Shown: positions 17,567 through 28,692 of the stretch, in pieces | Layout of the letters: each line of letters starts with the position of its first letter | Position numbering within the stretch: position 1 is the stretch's first letter | The notes under the pieces: model-generated | The model's database searches: none | What the model saw: only the letters and a program-made list of their open reading frames with translations | What the model was told of the DNA's origin: nothing | Origin: Eubacteriales bacterium | GTDB lineage: Bacteria; Bacillota; Clostridia; Oscillospirales; CAG-272 | NCBI GenBank assembly: GCA_045653745.1 | Contig: JAZOMD010000021.1 | Coordinates: 1-47,300, forward strand | Length of the DNA: 47,300 bases | Reading direction: 5' to 3' | Translations under genes and position numbers: made by a program

Positions 17567-18454
17567 ATGAAAAGAACAACCTTTATTGCGATAGTAGGAC
17601 GACCCAACGTTGGTAAATCAACCCTTCTTAACTCGATTATCGGAGAGAAGGTGGCAATAGTTTCGAAGAAGCCGCAGACTACCAGAAACAGAATAACGGG
17701 CATACATACCGTCGGAGAGGATCAGTTCGTATTCCTTGATACTCCCGGTATGCACAAGCCGAGAACGAAGCTCGGAGATTTTATGATGAAAACGGCAAAC
17801 AACACTCTAGGCGGTGTTGACGCCGCTATTCTCGTAGTTGAAGCAAGAGAGAGTGTCGGAGACATAGAGGCCTCTATAATCTCGCGCCTTAAGAGCGAAA
17901 AGCTTCCTGCAATTCTTGTAATAAACAAGATTGATACCGTAAGACCCGTTAATATTGCAAAAACCATAGCGGCGTATGCCGAGGCGTTTGATTTCGATGC
18001 GGTTATACCTACGTCTGCAAAAAACGGCAAGGACGTCGAAACCGTCGTTTCCGAGTGTGAGCGCTATTTAAACGAGAGCGAGTGGTTTTTCTCGTCCGAT
18101 ATAGTTACCGACCAGCCCGAAAAGCAGGTTGCCGCCGAAATAATCAGAGAAAAGCTTCTCAGAATTCTCGACGAGGAAATTCCTCACGGCACCGCCGTTG
18201 CGATAGAGGAATGGAAGGAAAAGAAGGATAGCGTTTCTATCAGGGCGGAAATATACTGTGAGAAGGCTACGCACAAGGGAATTATTATAGGAAAGAACGG
18301 TGCTACGATTAAAAAAATCGGTACCTACGCAAGAGAGGATATTGAAAAAATGCTCGATGCACGCGTGTTCCTCGACCTTTACGTCAGAGTCAAGGAGAAT
18401 TGGCGCGATTCAAGCTTCAACATTACCGACCTCGGCTACAAAGAAGAATTCTGA
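17567..18454 (+). CDS. era: GTPase Era
   Basis: GRPNVGKSTLLN (G1), DTPG (G3), NKID (G4) and a C-terminal KH domain. Confidence 0.93.
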   Translation: MKRTTFIAIVGRPNVGKSTLLNSIIGEKVAIVSKKPQTTRNRITGIHTVGEDQFVFLDTPGMHKPRTKLGDFMMKTANNTLGGVDAAILVVEARESVGDIEASIISRLKSEKLPAILVINKIDTVRPVNIAKTIAAYAEAFDFDAVIPTSAKNGKDVETVVSECERYLNESEWFFSSDIVTDQPEKQVAAEIIREKLLRILDEEIPHGTAVAIEEWKEKKDSVSIRAEIYCEKATHKGIIIGKNGATIKKIGTYAREDIEKMLDARVFLDLYVRVKENWRDSSFNITDLGYKEEF

Positions 18455-19230
18455 TGCAAACAGAGGTAAAAGGGCTCGTTATACGAACCGTTGATATTAA
18501 GGAGTCGGACAGGCTCGTTACAATTTTTACAGAGCAAATGGGCGCTGTGAGCGCGCTCGCTCGAGGAGCCAGGTCTCATAAGAGCCGAAAAATGTCCTCT
18601 ACTATGCAGTTTTGCTACGGCAGCTTCGTTCTCTATAAGCAGGGGGACAAGTATTGGATTAAGGAAGCCGAGCTTATCGAGAGCTTTTTCGACATCAGAC
18701 GCTCCATCGAGGGGCTCGCTCTCGCCAATTATATATGCGAGGTGCTCTCCGATATTACCACCGAGGAGGCGGAAAGTGAGCTGCTCCGTCTTTCGCTCAA
18801 TTCGCTCTACGCAATAGCAAACGCAAAGTATCCGCTGCGGAAAATCAAGGCGGTGTTTGAAATAAGAAGGGCATCAATAATCGGATTTATGCCCGATATT
18901 ATTGCCTGCCATAAATGCGGTCAAAAGAACGGAGACTTTTATTTCGATATTATGGGCGGCGTTATCGAGTGCCGTGACTGCCGCGTATATGCGGAGAAAA
19001 CGCACGAGGAACACCCCGACCCACACGAGGCGCATATAATTTCAATTTTGTCCGAGGGGGCAAAGATTGCGCTCGGATACGCGATATACTCTCCGATAGA
19101 GCGCGTGCTCGCGTTTAGCGTATCCGACGAGGATATGCACTTGTTTTCTCGCGCTTGCGAGGAATACTTACTTAACCAGTTAGGACACTCCTTTAAATCT
19201 CTTGATTTTTATAAGGATGTGAATAGGTGA
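18454..19230 (+). CDS. recO: DNA repair protein RecO
   Basis: ATG overlaps the era stop (TGATG). OB-fold N-terminus (GLVIRTVDIKESDRLVTIFT) and a CxxC...CxxC zinc motif. Confidence 0.88.
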   Translation: MQTEVKGLVIRTVDIKESDRLVTIFTEQMGAVSALARGARSHKSRKMSSTMQFCYGSFVLYKQGDKYWIKEAELIESFFDIRRSIEGLALANYICEVLSDITTEEAESELLRLSLNSLYAIANAKYPLRKIKAVFEIRRASIIGFMPDIIACHKCGQKNGDFYFDIMGGVIECRDCRVYAEKTHEEHPDPHEAHIISILSEGAKIALGYAIYSPIERVLAFSVSDEDMHLFSRACEEYLLNQLGHSFKSLDFYKDVNR

Positions 19231-19236
19231 TTTTTG

Positions 19237-21633
19237 ATGCTTTTTACGGCAAAAACTCTTGCTACGCTTGAATATGACAAAATAGTGGCAAGGCTTGCGG
19301 AATGTGCCGCAACCGACGGTGCGCGTGCCAGAGCCCTTGCGCTCACACCCACCGACGACTACGATACAGTGCTTATGCGTCAGACGAGGACCGAGGATGC
19401 AAAGCGGCTTATAAACGCAAAGGGCTATCCGTCGTTTTCCGCCCCTGAAGGGGTGGCGGCTTATGCAGAGCGTGCGTATAAAGGCGCAATCCTTTCTCCG
19501 GCAGAGCTTCTAGAGATAGCCTCGCTTCTTCGCTCCGCGCGGCAGATGCTTGATTATATAAGCACAGACAAGCCATTCGAGACTTCGCTTGACGAGCTTT
19601 TCGCAAGGCTTCTTCCGAACCGCACCTTAGAGGAAAAAATATTCCGCTCGATAATTTCGCCCGAGCTTATAGCAGACGAGGCGAGTGTAGCGCTTGCGGA
19701 AATAAGAAGAAAAATACGCGCAACCAATAATAGAATAAAGGATACTCTACAAAGTTACGTCGGCGGAGTACGTCTTAAATATCTGCAGGAAAACATAGTA
19801 ACTATGCGAAACGGCAGATACGTCGTGCCCGTGCGCGCGGAATACAAGAACGAAATGAAGGGTCTTGTGCACGATACTTCCTCGACGGGTGCGACACTTT
19901 TCGTGGAGCCGCTCGCGGTCGTGGAGGCAAATAATGAATTGCGCGCCCTTTCGGCAGAGGAGGAGCACGAGATAGAGCGCATACTTGCCGAGCTTTCTGC
20001 AGGCTGCGCCGAGTCTTCTTCCGTGATTACTCTTAACTATCACAACATAACCGATATAGCCTTTTCCTTTGCCTGTGCAACTCTCGCTATGCAGATGAAG
20101 GCTGAGAGACCTTATCTTTCCAAGGCTCGCTCTTTGTCCTTAAAAAGAGCAAGGCACCCACTTATCCATAAGGACAAGGTAGTGCCGATAGACGTTGCCA
20201 TTGGCGAGGATTTCGATACGCTTATTATAACCGGTCCCAATACGGGCGGAAAAACGGTTACTCTTAAAACCATCGGCCTTTTCGCTCTGATGACTCAGGC
20301 AGGTCTTCAGATTCCTGCCGATGAGAGCTCGGTTATGGGCGTCTTCTCCGAGGTGCTTGTCGATATAGGTGACGAGCAGAGCATAGAAGCATCGCTGTCG
20401 ACCTTCTCTTCTCATATGGTAAACGTTGCCGATATACTTAAGAATCTTACTCCGCGCTCGCTCGTCTTATTTGATGAGCTCGGCTCGGGTACCGACCCGA
20501 TTGAGGGCGCTGCTCTCGCTACCGCTATACTCGAGAGCACGGCAAAGAGCGGTGCACTTAGTGCGGCGACGACTCATTACGCAGAGCTTAAGGCGTATGG
20601 GCTCGAGACTCCGAGAGTACAGAACGCCTCGTGTGAGTTTGATATAGAAACCCTTCGTCCGACCTATCGCCTTATAGTGGGAACTCCGGGTAAATCGAAC
20701 GCCTTCGCCATATCCGAAAAGCTCGGTCTTTCTCCCGAGATAATAGAGCGCGCAGGCCGTCTTATCGAGCGTGATAATAAACGCTTCGAGGACGTTATAG
20801 AGCGCCTCGATACCAACAGAATCGAGATGGAGAAGGAAAAAGCGACTGCCGAGAAAATGCGTCGTGAATACGAAGCGTTCAAGAGAGAGGCGGAGGAAAA
20901 GCTCCGCAAAAAGATAGAAAAAAGCGAGGCAGAAATAGAAAAACAAACGCTAAAGGCTCGCCAGATTCTCGAAAGCGCGCGCGCTTCCAGTGAGTTCATC
21001 TTCCGTCAGCTCGAGGAGCTGCGTAAGCAAGAGGACAAGGATAAGCGCAACGAGATGATGGCACACGCACGCGAGGAAATGCGCGTCCGTATGCGCGAGA
21101 GCGAGGAGCTGATGACGGGCATTACCATCAAGGATATAGCGCTCGATAAGGATTATAAGCTGCCGCGCCCGTTGAAGGTCGGTGACAGTGTTTATCTGAC
21201 GACAATATCCAAAGAGGGTGTGGTTACCGCGCTTGCCGATAAAAAGGGCCTTATCTCGGTTACGTCGGGTATTCTCAAAACCAAGGTCAGCGAGGATAAG
21301 CTCCGCCTTCTTGACGGTACCGTCAAATTTACCGCATCCGAGACTCCGAAGGTAAATGAGGGAAAGGTGAAGAAGACTGTGAACACCTCTTTCAGACCCG
21401 AGGTAGACGTGCGCGGTATGATAGGCGACGATGCGTGGTTTGTCGTAGATAAGTATCTCGACGATGCGGTTCTTGCCAATATACCTACCGTCAGAATAAT
21501 ACACGGAAAGGGAACCGGAGCTCTTAAGGCGGCGCTGTGGAAATATTTTAAGACCGATAAAAGAATAAAATCGTACAGACACGGAGAGTACGGGGAAGGA
21601 GACGCCGGAGTTACGGTGATAACGCTTGGATAA
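19237..21633 (+). CDS. mutS2: Endonuclease MutS2 (MutS domain V ATPase + C-terminal Smr)
   Basis: GPNTGGKT Walker A, a long coiled-coil, and a C-terminal Smr domain (VDVRGM...IIHGKGTGALK). Confidence 0.92.
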   Translation: MLFTAKTLATLEYDKIVARLAECAATDGARARALALTPTDDYDTVLMRQTRTEDAKRLINAKGYPSFSAPEGVAAYAERAYKGAILSPAELLEIASLLRSARQMLDYISTDKPFETSLDELFARLLPNRTLEEKIFRSIISPELIADEASVALAEIRRKIRATNNRIKDTLQSYVGGVRLKYLQENIVTMRNGRYVVPVRAEYKNEMKGLVHDTSSTGATLFVEPLAVVEANNELRALSAEEEHEIERILAELSAGCAESSSVITLNYHNITDIAFSFACATLAMQMKAERPYLSKARSLSLKRARHPLIHKDKVVPIDVAIGEDFDTLIITGPNTGGKTVTLKTIGLFALMTQAGLQIPADESSVMGVFSEVLVDIGDEQSIEASLSTFSSHMVNVADILKNLTPRSLVLFDELGSGTDPIEGAALATAILESTAKSGALSAATTHYAELKAYGLETPRVQNASCEFDIETLRPTYRLIVGTPGKSNAFAISEKLGLSPEIIERAGRLIERDNKRFEDVIERLDTNRIEMEKEKATAEKMRREYEAFKREAEEKLRKKIEKSEAEIEKQTLKARQILESARASSEFIFRQLEELRKQEDKDKRNEMMAHAREEMRVRMRESEELMTGITIKDIALDKDYKLPRPLKVGDSVYLTTISKEGVVTALADKKGLISVTSGILKTKVSEDKLRLLDGTVKFTASETPKVNEGKVKKTVNTSFRPEVDVRGMIGDDAWFVVDKYLDDAVLANIPTVRIIHGKGTGALKAALWKYFKTDKRIKSYRHGEYGEGDAGVTVITLG

Positions 21634-22130
21634 TGCTTTTTGTTAGTTATAAGATAAATGCAAAAAAGGAGACGCTTCTCGGCGTTATGAAAAACTCCGA
21701 GCGTGTTGTAAACGAGGAAAACTACGACTTCTCGCGCGGCACTCCTAAGATGCACGTAAAAGAAAAAGGCGATTCCTTAAAAATAAAATGCGAAATGACC
21801 GGCAGACCCACCAAGGATAACGGATTTCTCGAGGGAACTTATTTTAAAGGAACGGTAAAGGAGAAAAACGGAGTGACGAGCGTAAAAGGAATTATCCTTA
21901 CCGCGCCTATTTATCATTTTCTTCTCCTTCTCATTTTCTCTTACTTCATTTACCTTTGCTTTTCGCTGGGCGGTTTTTCGGTAATACCCGTGATACTCCT
22001 TATATTCGATATTTTTATGTTTAAGGACGAGTTCAGAAAGCAAGGTCTGATAAAGCGGTATATATTCCGTTCTCTTAAAATAACGTACAGGGAAAACTCG
22101 GCGGCGAATAAAAAAACGAAGGAAGAATAA
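21633..22130 (+). CDS. Hypothetical membrane protein
   Basis: ATG overlaps the mutS2 stop (TAATG). Two predicted TM helices in the C-terminal half. No recognisable family. Confidence 0.5.
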   Translation: MLFVSYKINAKKETLLGVMKNSERVVNEENYDFSRGTPKMHVKEKGDSLKIKCEMTGRPTKDNGFLEGTYFKGTVKEKNGVTSVKGIILTAPIYHFLLLLIFSYFIYLCFSLGGFSVIPVILLIFDIFMFKDEFRKQGLIKRYIFRSLKITYRENSAANKKTKEE

Positions 22131-22141
22131 ATCTTCCTTCG
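22109..22141 (-). terminator. Intrinsic terminator of tRNA-Leu (lies inside the 3' end of the convergent CDS)
   Basis: CGAAGGAAGA (22117-22126) pairs with TCTTCCTTCG (22132-22141). Seven T follow on the minus strand (A-run 22110-22116). Confidence 0.7.
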
Positions 22142-22145
22142 CTCG

Positions 22146-22232
22146 TGGTGCCGGTAGTCGGGGTCGAACCGACACGGTATTGCTACCTTCGGATTTTGAG
22201 TCCGACGCGTCTGCCAATTCCACCATACCGGC
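22146..22232 (-). tRNA. tRNA-Leu (anticodon CAA)
   Basis: The reverse complement folds as a class II tRNA: GCCGGTA acceptor, anticodon loop CTCAAAA, long variable arm, GGTTCGA T-loop and encoded CCA. Confidence 0.92.
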
Positions 22233-22264
22233 ATATTTTTGTGACTTTTGAGTTCACGAATGAT

Positions 22265-22293
22265 ATTATAGCACAAGAAAAACGAAAAATCAA
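22265..22293 (-). promoter_or_regulatory. Sigma-A-type promoter for tRNA-Leu
   Basis: The minus strand reads TTGATT (22288-22293), a 17-nt spacer, then TATAAT (22265-22270). Confidence 0.55.
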
Positions 22294-22374
22294 TATCTTT
22301 TTCTAAAAAATACATCTTTTACCCTTGGAGAATAATTCTTCTCCCCATAATACAAAATACGAAAGGAGCCTCGG

Positions 22375-23334
22375 ATGTCTGACGAGCTTGTATTTTTGAC
22401 TAACGAAATCAATACATCAAATCTTTCGTCTCTTGAAAAAAAGCGCAGTATTATCGAGGAAGCGCGCATATGCGAGCTTGCCGAGCTTGCTTACGGCGCA
22501 GCAATGTTTACAAAAGAGCTTGTAAGTGACGGAGAGCTGACATATATAGATGCGCTTGCGCTTATATCCGAGTCGCTGCCTACCCACAGGGCAGAGCCGC
22601 ACGAGGGCGCACTGCCCGAAAACAAAATGCGGCTCTCCTCTTATTCCGGTGCACTTTCATACGTCGATAAGGCCGTTTTTGCAGAGCTTTTTTTGCTAAG
22701 GCTCTCGGAGCTTGGAATTTCGGTTGCGGAGGGGGATTATCTCCAAGAGGAGAAATCCGAAAGCACCTTCGTGTACGTAAAGAACAGCTTTGCCGATGAA
22801 GCGTACGACGTTTTCGCTGAGGAGTTTGACGACCCGAGGGTTAAATACGCAGAAAGCTTTAAGGAAGCGGTCGGAGTCATAAAGGACGGCTCGGCTGCGT
22901 TTTGCCTCCTTCCGTTCGAGGAGCGAGGCGCGCGACTTCCCGGTGTCGCGGAGCTCATTTTCTCTGAGGATTTAAAAATTGCATCGGTAACTCCGGTGTT
23001 CGGCTTTTACGGTGACGCTGATATGAAATACGCGCTTGTTTCGCGTTTCTTCCTTATTCCGCCCGTTATGCCTGACGACGACCGATACCTTGAAATAAGA
23101 ATCCCCTCAGATGCGGAAAACTCGATATCCGAGCTTCTCCTTGCAGCAGAGTCGTACGGCGCAGAGATATGGCGCGTCAATACGAGCTTCTACTCAACGG
23201 ACGGTGCGCGTAAGCAATATTATTCTGTAATCTTTAAGGAAGAGGGCAGGGGATTTTCAAGTCTTCTTACCTATCTTACATTGTTCGTTCCGTCGTATAC
23301 AGCGGTCGGCATATATAAAAATCTTGAATTGTGA
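22375..23334 (+). CDS. Hypothetical protein with degenerate prephenate-dehydratase-like and ACT-like C-terminal half
   Basis: FVYVKNSFADEAYDVF...GSAAFCLLPFEE resembles the first PDT lobe. LEIRIP...ELLLAAESYGAEIWRVNT...YYSVIFKEEG...GIYKNL resembles the ACT domain. The catalytic TRF-type region was not recognised. Confidence 0.45.
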   Translation: MSDELVFLTNEINTSNLSSLEKKRSIIEEARICELAELAYGAAMFTKELVSDGELTYIDALALISESLPTHRAEPHEGALPENKMRLSSYSGALSYVDKAVFAELFLLRLSELGISVAEGDYLQEEKSESTFVYVKNSFADEAYDVFAEEFDDPRVKYAESFKEAVGVIKDGSAAFCLLPFEERGARLPGVAELIFSEDLKIASVTPVFGFYGDADMKYALVSRFFLIPPVMPDDDRYLEIRIPSDAENSISELLLAAESYGAEIWRVNTSFYSTDGARKQYYSVIFKEEGRGFSSLLTYLTLFVPSYTAVGIYKNLEL

Positions 23335-23344
23335 GGAATTTAAA

Positions 23345-23599
23345 ATGAAAAAAAGCATAGAGTATAAAACAAAGGGAACCTGCTCAAGAATGGTCAAGCT
23401 CGAAATGGAGGACGGAGTTATTACCGCCTGCTCCTTTGTCGGCGGCTGCTCCGGAAACACTCAGGGAGTCAGCGCGCTCGTCGTCGGTATGACGGCAGAC
23501 GAAGCGATAAAGAAGCTTTCCGGCATAAGATGCGGCTTCAAGGATACCTCTTGCCCCGATCAGCTTGCACGCGCTCTGAGAGAGGCGCTCGCTGACTGA
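23345..23599 (+). CDS. TSCPD-domain protein (TIGR03905-like)
   Basis: 84 aa with GGCSGNTQG and TSCPDQLA motifs. GAGGA RBS before the ATG at 23345. Confidence 0.75.
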   Translation: MKKSIEYKTKGTCSRMVKLEMEDGVITACSFVGGCSGNTQGVSALVVGMTADEAIKKLSGIRCGFKDTSCPDQLARALREALAD

Positions 23600-23636
23600 T
23601 ATACATACCGCCAACTGGCAAAAAAACGGAGATAAA

Positions 23637-25373
23637 ATGAACGAGAAAAACTATAACGCAGAATACAAAAGATGGCTTGATGCTCCCGTGCTTACCGCAG
23701 AGGAGCGCGCAGAGCTAATTTCAATAGAAAACGATGCAGAGGCACGTGCGCTTCGCTTCTCATCACCGATGAGCTTTGGCACGGCAGGACTTCGCGCAAA
23801 GATGAATATGGGCATCGGAGCGATGAACCGCTTCACCGTTGCTCAGACCACAAAAGGTATCGCGGCTCTTATAAAGTCCGCCGGCGGCGAAAAGCGCGGT
23901 GCAGTTATTGCGTACGACTCGCGCAACAATTCGCGAACCTTTGCCGAGGTCAGCGCAAGAGTTCTTGCAGGGGCAGGAATAAAGGCATATCTATTTGACG
24001 ATATCCGCCCGACTCCCGAGCTCTCATTTGCCGTAAGAAAGCTCGGCACACTCGCAGGAATCAATATTACCGCCTCGCATAATCCCAAAGAATATAATGG
24101 ATATAAGGCGTATTGGGAAGACGGTGCGCAGATCAGCCCCGAGCAGGCGGAGATAGTTTCGCGCGAGCGCGAGCGATTCGACGTCCTTGACTTTGGCTCG
24201 GTTCCCTCGCTTGACGAAGCCGTTGCCTCGGGACTTGTCGTTATGCTCGGAGAGGATTTTGATTTACTTTACCTTGACGCGGTAATCGGCACGGCTATAA
24301 ACCCCGGCGCCGTTAAAGCGGTGTCCGATGATCTGAAGGTCGTATATTCGCCTTTGCACGGTGCAGGCTATCGCCTCGTGCCCGAGATTTTCTCGCGCCT
24401 TGGTCTTAAGCACCTTTATACCGTAGACGAGCAGATGATACCGAACGGAGATTTTCCTACCGTAGCAAAACCCAACCCCGAAAGCCCCGAGGTTTTCGAG
24501 CTCGGAATTAAAATTGCCGATGAGGTCGGCTCCGACCTCGTAATCGCAACCGACCCCGACTCCGACCGAGTTGGTGTTATGAGTCGATGCAGAGACGGCG
24601 CGTTTGCAACCATAACGGGAAATCAGATGGGTGCGCTCCTTCTCGATTACGCAATCCGCGCTCGCAGAGAGAACGGTACGCTTCCAGAGGGCGCTTATTG
24701 TGTAAAGAGTATTGTATCTACCGATATGGCGTATAAAATCGCCAAGGATAACGGAATCGTTCTTCACGACGTCCTTACCGGCTTTAAGTTTATAGGCGAG
24801 GTTATAAAGAATTACGAGGCTAAGGGTGAAAGCGACGGATTTGTACTTGGCTTTGAGGAAAGCTACGGCTATCTTCTCGGCACCTACGCAAGAGATAAGG
24901 ATGCGGTTGAGGCATCTATGATGATACTTGAAATGACCGCGTTCTATAAAAAGCAGGGAATGACTCTTTCCGATGCTCTTGATAGACTTTATGAAAAATA
25001 CGGTCTGTATCTTGAAAAAACCGTGGATATAGCTATGACGGGTCTTGACGGAATAGCAAGGCGCGGACGTGTTATGTCTTCGCTTCGTATGAGTCCCCCG
25101 AATGCAATCGCAGGTGTAAAGGTTGTTCGTGTTGGCGATTACCGAGAAAGAGTTATCACCGATCTCGTTACCGGCGTGGTTACTCCTACGGGAATGCCGT
25201 CTTCGGAGGTCTTGTATTTTACTCTCGAAAACGAGGATAAAATAATTATTCGCCCCTCGGGAACCGAGCCTAAAATCAAGCTCTACGTTCTCGCGCACGG
25301 CGACGACCGCGACTCTCTTTCGCAAAAGATAAACGCATACCTTGAAGATACAAAAAGACTTACAGAGGTATAA
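23637..25373 (+). CDS. pgcA: Phosphoglucomutase / phospho-sugar mutase
   Basis: [13 protein letters not shown] phosphoserine loop, DPDSDR metal loop and GFEESYG sugar loop. Confidence 0.9.
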   Translation: MNEKNYNAEYKRWLDAPVLTAEERAELISIENDAEARALRFSSPMSFGTAGLRAKMNMGIGAMNRFTVAQTTKGIAALIKSAGGEKRGAVIAYDSRNNSRTFAEVSARVLAGAGIKAYLFDDIRPTPELSFAVRKLGTLAGINITASHNPKEYNGYKAYWEDGAQISPEQAEIVSRERERFDVLDFGSVPSLDEAVASGLVVMLGEDFDLLYLDAVIGTAINPGAVKAVSDDLKVVYSPLHGAGYRLVPEIFSRLGLKHLYTVDEQMIPNGDFPTVAKPNPESPEVFELGIKIADEVGSDLVIATDPDSDRVGVMSRCRDGAFATITGNQMGALLLDYAIRARRENGTLPEGAYCVKSIVSTDMAYKIAKDNGIVLHDVLTGFKFIGEVIKNYEAKGESDGFVLGFEESYGYLLGTYARDKDAVEASMMILEMTAFYKKQGMTLSDALDRLYEKYGLYLEKTVDIAMTGLDGIARRGRVMSSLRMSPPNAIAGVKVVRVGDYRERVITDLVTGVVTPTGMPSSEVLYFTLENEDKIIIRPSGTEPKIKLYVLAHGDDRDSLSQKINAYLEDTKRLTEV

Positions 25374-25396
25374 ATTTTTATAGGCAGGATATTAAA

Positions 25397-27211
25397 GTGA
25401 CGGATAAACAAAAGCATATAAGAAATTTTTCAATAATAGCTCATATCGACCACGGAAAGTCCACTCTTGCAGACCGTATTCTGGAGAAGACCCAGACGGT
25501 TGCAACCAGAGATATGGAGGAGCAGATTCTCGATAATATGGATCTCGAGCGCGAGCGCGGAATTACTATAAAAGCGCGCGCGGTAAGACTTCATTATAAA
25601 GCGGATAACGGTGAAGAATACGTCTATAATCTTATTGACACTCCCGGTCACGTGGACTTCGGCTACGAGGTTTCGCGCTCGCTTAAGGCGTGCGAGGGTG
25701 CACTGCTTGTAGTAGATGCAACGCAGGGCGTCGAGGCGCAAACGCTTGCCAACGCTTATCTTGCAATAGATAATAATCTTGAAATTCTTCCCGTAATCAA
25801 TAAAATCGACCTTGCCTCGGCAGATATCGAAGGAGCAAGGCGCGAGATAGAGGATATAATAGGAATTCCGGCAGAGGATTGCCCTGCCGTTTCTGCAAAG
25901 AACGGTATAAACATCGAGGATGTTCTCCGCAAGGTTTCTACCGACATTCCGGCACCCGAGGGCGACCCCGACGCACCCCTGAAGGCTCTTATATTCGATT
26001 CGCACTACGATGCATACCTTGGTGTCGTGGTATATATCCGCGTTTTTGACGGAACAGTCAGAGCAGGCGATAAAATCCGCCTTATGGCAGGTGGTACGGA
26101 GTTCGAAGTATACGAGGTCGGAACGATGGAGCCCTTCGGGCTTCGCCGTGCAGATTCTCTCTCTGCAGGAGAGGTCGGATATATCACAGCCTCTATAAAG
26201 ACGGTGGGCGATACGCGTGTGGGAGATACCGTTACGCTTGCAGCTAACCCTGCAGAAGAGGCACTTCCCGGATTCCGTGAGGTTCACCCGATGGTTTACT
26301 CGGGTATCTATCCTGCAGACGGTGCTCGTTACGGAGACCTCAGAGAAGCGCTCGAGAAGCTTCAGCTCAACGATGCCTCTCTCGTCTTCGAGCCCGAGAC
26401 CTCGGTTGCGCTCGGCTTCGGCTTCAGATGCGGCTTCCTCGGCCTTCTTCATATGGAAATAATAGAGGAAAGACTCGAGCGTGAATTTAATCTTGATCTC
26501 ATTACTACCGCTCCATCGGTTATTTATAAGGTTGATCTTCGTTCAGGCGAGACCGTTATGATTGATAACCCCTCGAAATTCCCGACGGCAGATGAGATTT
26601 CCGCAGCCTACGAGCCTATAATGAAGGCGTCCATAATCACTCCTACCGATTACATAGGCGGTATTATGGATCTCTGTCAGGAGCGCCGCGGTGTATTTAT
26701 CGATATGAAGTATATAGATACCGAGCGTGCGGAGATACACTACGAGCTTCCTTTGAACGAGATAATATACGATTTCTTCGATGCACTCAAGAGCAGAACT
26801 AAGGGATATGCGTCTCTCGACTACGAGCTGAAGGGATACAAGCAATCGAAGCTTGTCAAGCTTGATTTTATGCTCAACGGAGAGGTAGTAGATGCCCTTT
26901 CGTTTATCGTATTTGAGGAGCGCGCATACGCGAGAGCTCGCAAAATAGCAGAAAAGCTTAAGGAAAATATTCCGCGTCAGCTCTTTGAAATTCCCATACA
27001 GGCAACGATAGGCTCGAAGATAATCGCAAGAGAAACCGTTAAGGCTATGCGTAAGGACGTTCTTGCTAAGTGCTACGGCGGTGACATTACGAGAAAGAAA
27101 AAGCTGCTCGAAAAGCAGAAAGAGGGTAAAAAGAAGATGCGCAAGCTTGGTAGCGTAGAGGTTACCCCAGAAGCGTTTATGGCAGTGCTCAGACTCGACG
27201 ATGACAACTAA
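25397..27211 (+). CDS. lepA: Translation elongation factor 4 (LepA)
   Basis: GTG start. [14 protein letters not shown] and NKID G-motifs, plus the LepA-specific C-terminus ([24 protein letters not shown]). Confidence 0.95.
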   Translation: MTDKQKHIRNFSIIAHIDHGKSTLADRILEKTQTVATRDMEEQILDNMDLERERGITIKARAVRLHYKADNGEEYVYNLIDTPGHVDFGYEVSRSLKACEGALLVVDATQGVEAQTLANAYLAIDNNLEILPVINKIDLASADIEGARREIEDIIGIPAEDCPAVSAKNGINIEDVLRKVSTDIPAPEGDPDAPLKALIFDSHYDAYLGVVVYIRVFDGTVRAGDKIRLMAGGTEFEVYEVGTMEPFGLRRADSLSAGEVGYITASIKTVGDTRVGDTVTLAANPAEEALPGFREVHPMVYSGIYPADGARYGDLREALEKLQLNDASLVFEPETSVALGFGFRCGFLGLLHMEIIEERLEREFNLDLITTAPSVIYKVDLRSGETVMIDNPSKFPTADEISAAYEPIMKASIITPTDYIGGIMDLCQERRGVFIDMKYIDTERAEIHYELPLNEIIYDFFDALKSRTKGYASLDYELKGYKQSKLVKLDFMLNGEVVDALSFIVFEERAYARARKIAEKLKENIPRQLFEIPIQATIGSKIIARETVKAMRKDVLAKCYGGDITRKKKLLEKQKEGKKKMRKLGSVEVTPEAFMAVLRLDDDN

Positions 27212-28319
27212 AAAAAGAGGGCTCTACGTCCATATACCGATTTGCGTAAAGAAGTGTGCGTATTGCGATTTTACTTCCTTTGCAGAGTGCGGCTTTAAAA
27301 ACAGAGACCTTTATTTCGATAAGCTTCTGGCGGAAATAAATTCATATAAGGGCGACAGAATTCCGATAGACACAGTGTTCTTTGGCGGCGGAACGCCGTC
27401 GCTTATGACGTCGGAAGAAATAAGGTCGGTAATGTCTTCCGTAAAGGAAAGCTTTGATTTAGCACCCGACTCGGAAATTTCCATTGAAGTAAATCCAAAG
27501 ACGCTTACCCAAGAATCGGCGCTCTTATATAAATCTCTCGGGATAAACAGAGTTAGTCTCGGAGTGCAGTCAATTCACGAAAACGAGCTGAAAAAACTAG
27601 GCAGAATACATTCGCGCAAGGATTTTCTTGAATCGTACGCAATTCTTCGCGAGGCTGGCTTTGATAATATCAGCTTCGATTTGATGTACGGAATTCCCGA
27701 TCAAACGATGGAAAGCTTTGAAGAAACGCTCTCTCTTGCAATATCCCTGGGCCCTGAGCACATCTCGGTCTACGGATTGATTTTAGAGGAAGGAACGCCT
27801 TTGTTTCTAGAAAGGAATACCTTTGATTTCCCGAGCGAGGACGAGGAGGCGGATATGTATTATCTCGCTTCTCGAATGCTTTCGGCGGCAGGTTATCTTC
27901 ACTACGAGATTTCAAATTATTCAAAGCCCACAAAAGAATGCAAACATAATCTTAAATACTGGCGAGCAGAGGAATACGTTGGCGTAGGTCTTGCGGCTCA
28001 TTCCTACTACAAGGGCAGGCGTTATTTTAATTCCTCTGTGCTTTCGGAATATATCTCTCGACAGTCCGATATTTGCAGTCTTCCGCCTATTTCCAAGGCT
28101 GATGCCGCCTACGAGCGCGTTATGCTTGCTTTGCGCCTTGAAGAGGGGCTCTCGCTTTCGGAATATAAATCGGACTTTTCCGAGGATTTTCTTCTCGGCA
28201 GAGAAGATGAGATTTTACGCCTTTCTGCCGCAGGGTATGCCGAAGTGAAGGACGGAAGGCTCAGGCTTACCGAATCAGGATTTTATATAAGCAACGCCAT
28301 AATTTCCGCACTTATATAA
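27201..28319 (+). CDS. hemW: Radical SAM heme chaperone HemW (HemN-like)
   Basis: [10 protein letters not shown] radical-SAM motif. Overlaps the lepA end, matching the conserved lepA-hemN synteny. Confidence 0.88.
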   Translation: MTTKKRGLYVHIPICVKKCAYCDFTSFAECGFKNRDLYFDKLLAEINSYKGDRIPIDTVFFGGGTPSLMTSEEIRSVMSSVKESFDLAPDSEISIEVNPKTLTQESALLYKSLGINRVSLGVQSIHENELKKLGRIHSRKDFLESYAILREAGFDNISFDLMYGIPDQTMESFEETLSLAISLGPEHISVYGLILEEGTPLFLERNTFDFPSEDEEADMYYLASRMLSAAGYLHYEISNYSKPTKECKHNLKYWRAEEYVGVGLAAHSYYKGRRYFNSSVLSEYISRQSDICSLPPISKADAAYERVMLALRLEEGLSLSEYKSDFSEDFLLGREDEILRLSAAGYAEVKDGRLRLTESGFYISNAIISALI

Positions 28320-28388
28320 AAACTCTTGACAAAATCTCGAATCTGTTATAAAATATAAATAAAAAACACATAATAGGAGTATAAACAA

Positions 28389-28685
28389 ATGCAGGATATC
28401 GAAAAGAACATTGAAGAAGAAGAGATTCCCGTTTTCACCCTTACCGACGAGGAGACCGGTGAAGAGAAGGATTTTGAGCTTCTTGCACGTGCAACCATTG
28501 ACGAAAAGCTCTATTTTGCTCTCGTTCCCGCTGACGAGGAGGACGCAGAGGAGTACGTAATTCTCAGTGTTGAGGAGGACGGAGACGACCTCGTTCTCTC
28601 CAGCATAGACGACGATGATGAGTTCGATAAGGTTGAGGAGTATTTTAACGATCTGTTCTTCTCAGAGGTTAACTACGACGACTGA
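28389..28685 (+). CDS. DUF1292-family acidic protein
   Basis: 98 aa and highly acidic. The pattern FTLTDEETGEEKDFELLA...YFALVP is typical of DUF1292. Confidence 0.75.
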   Translation: MQDIEKNIEEEEIPVFTLTDEETGEEKDFELLARATIDEKLYFALVPADEEDAEEYVILSVEEDGDDLVLSSIDDDDEFDKVEEYFNDLFFSEVNYDD

Positions 28686-28692
28686 TTTTTTT

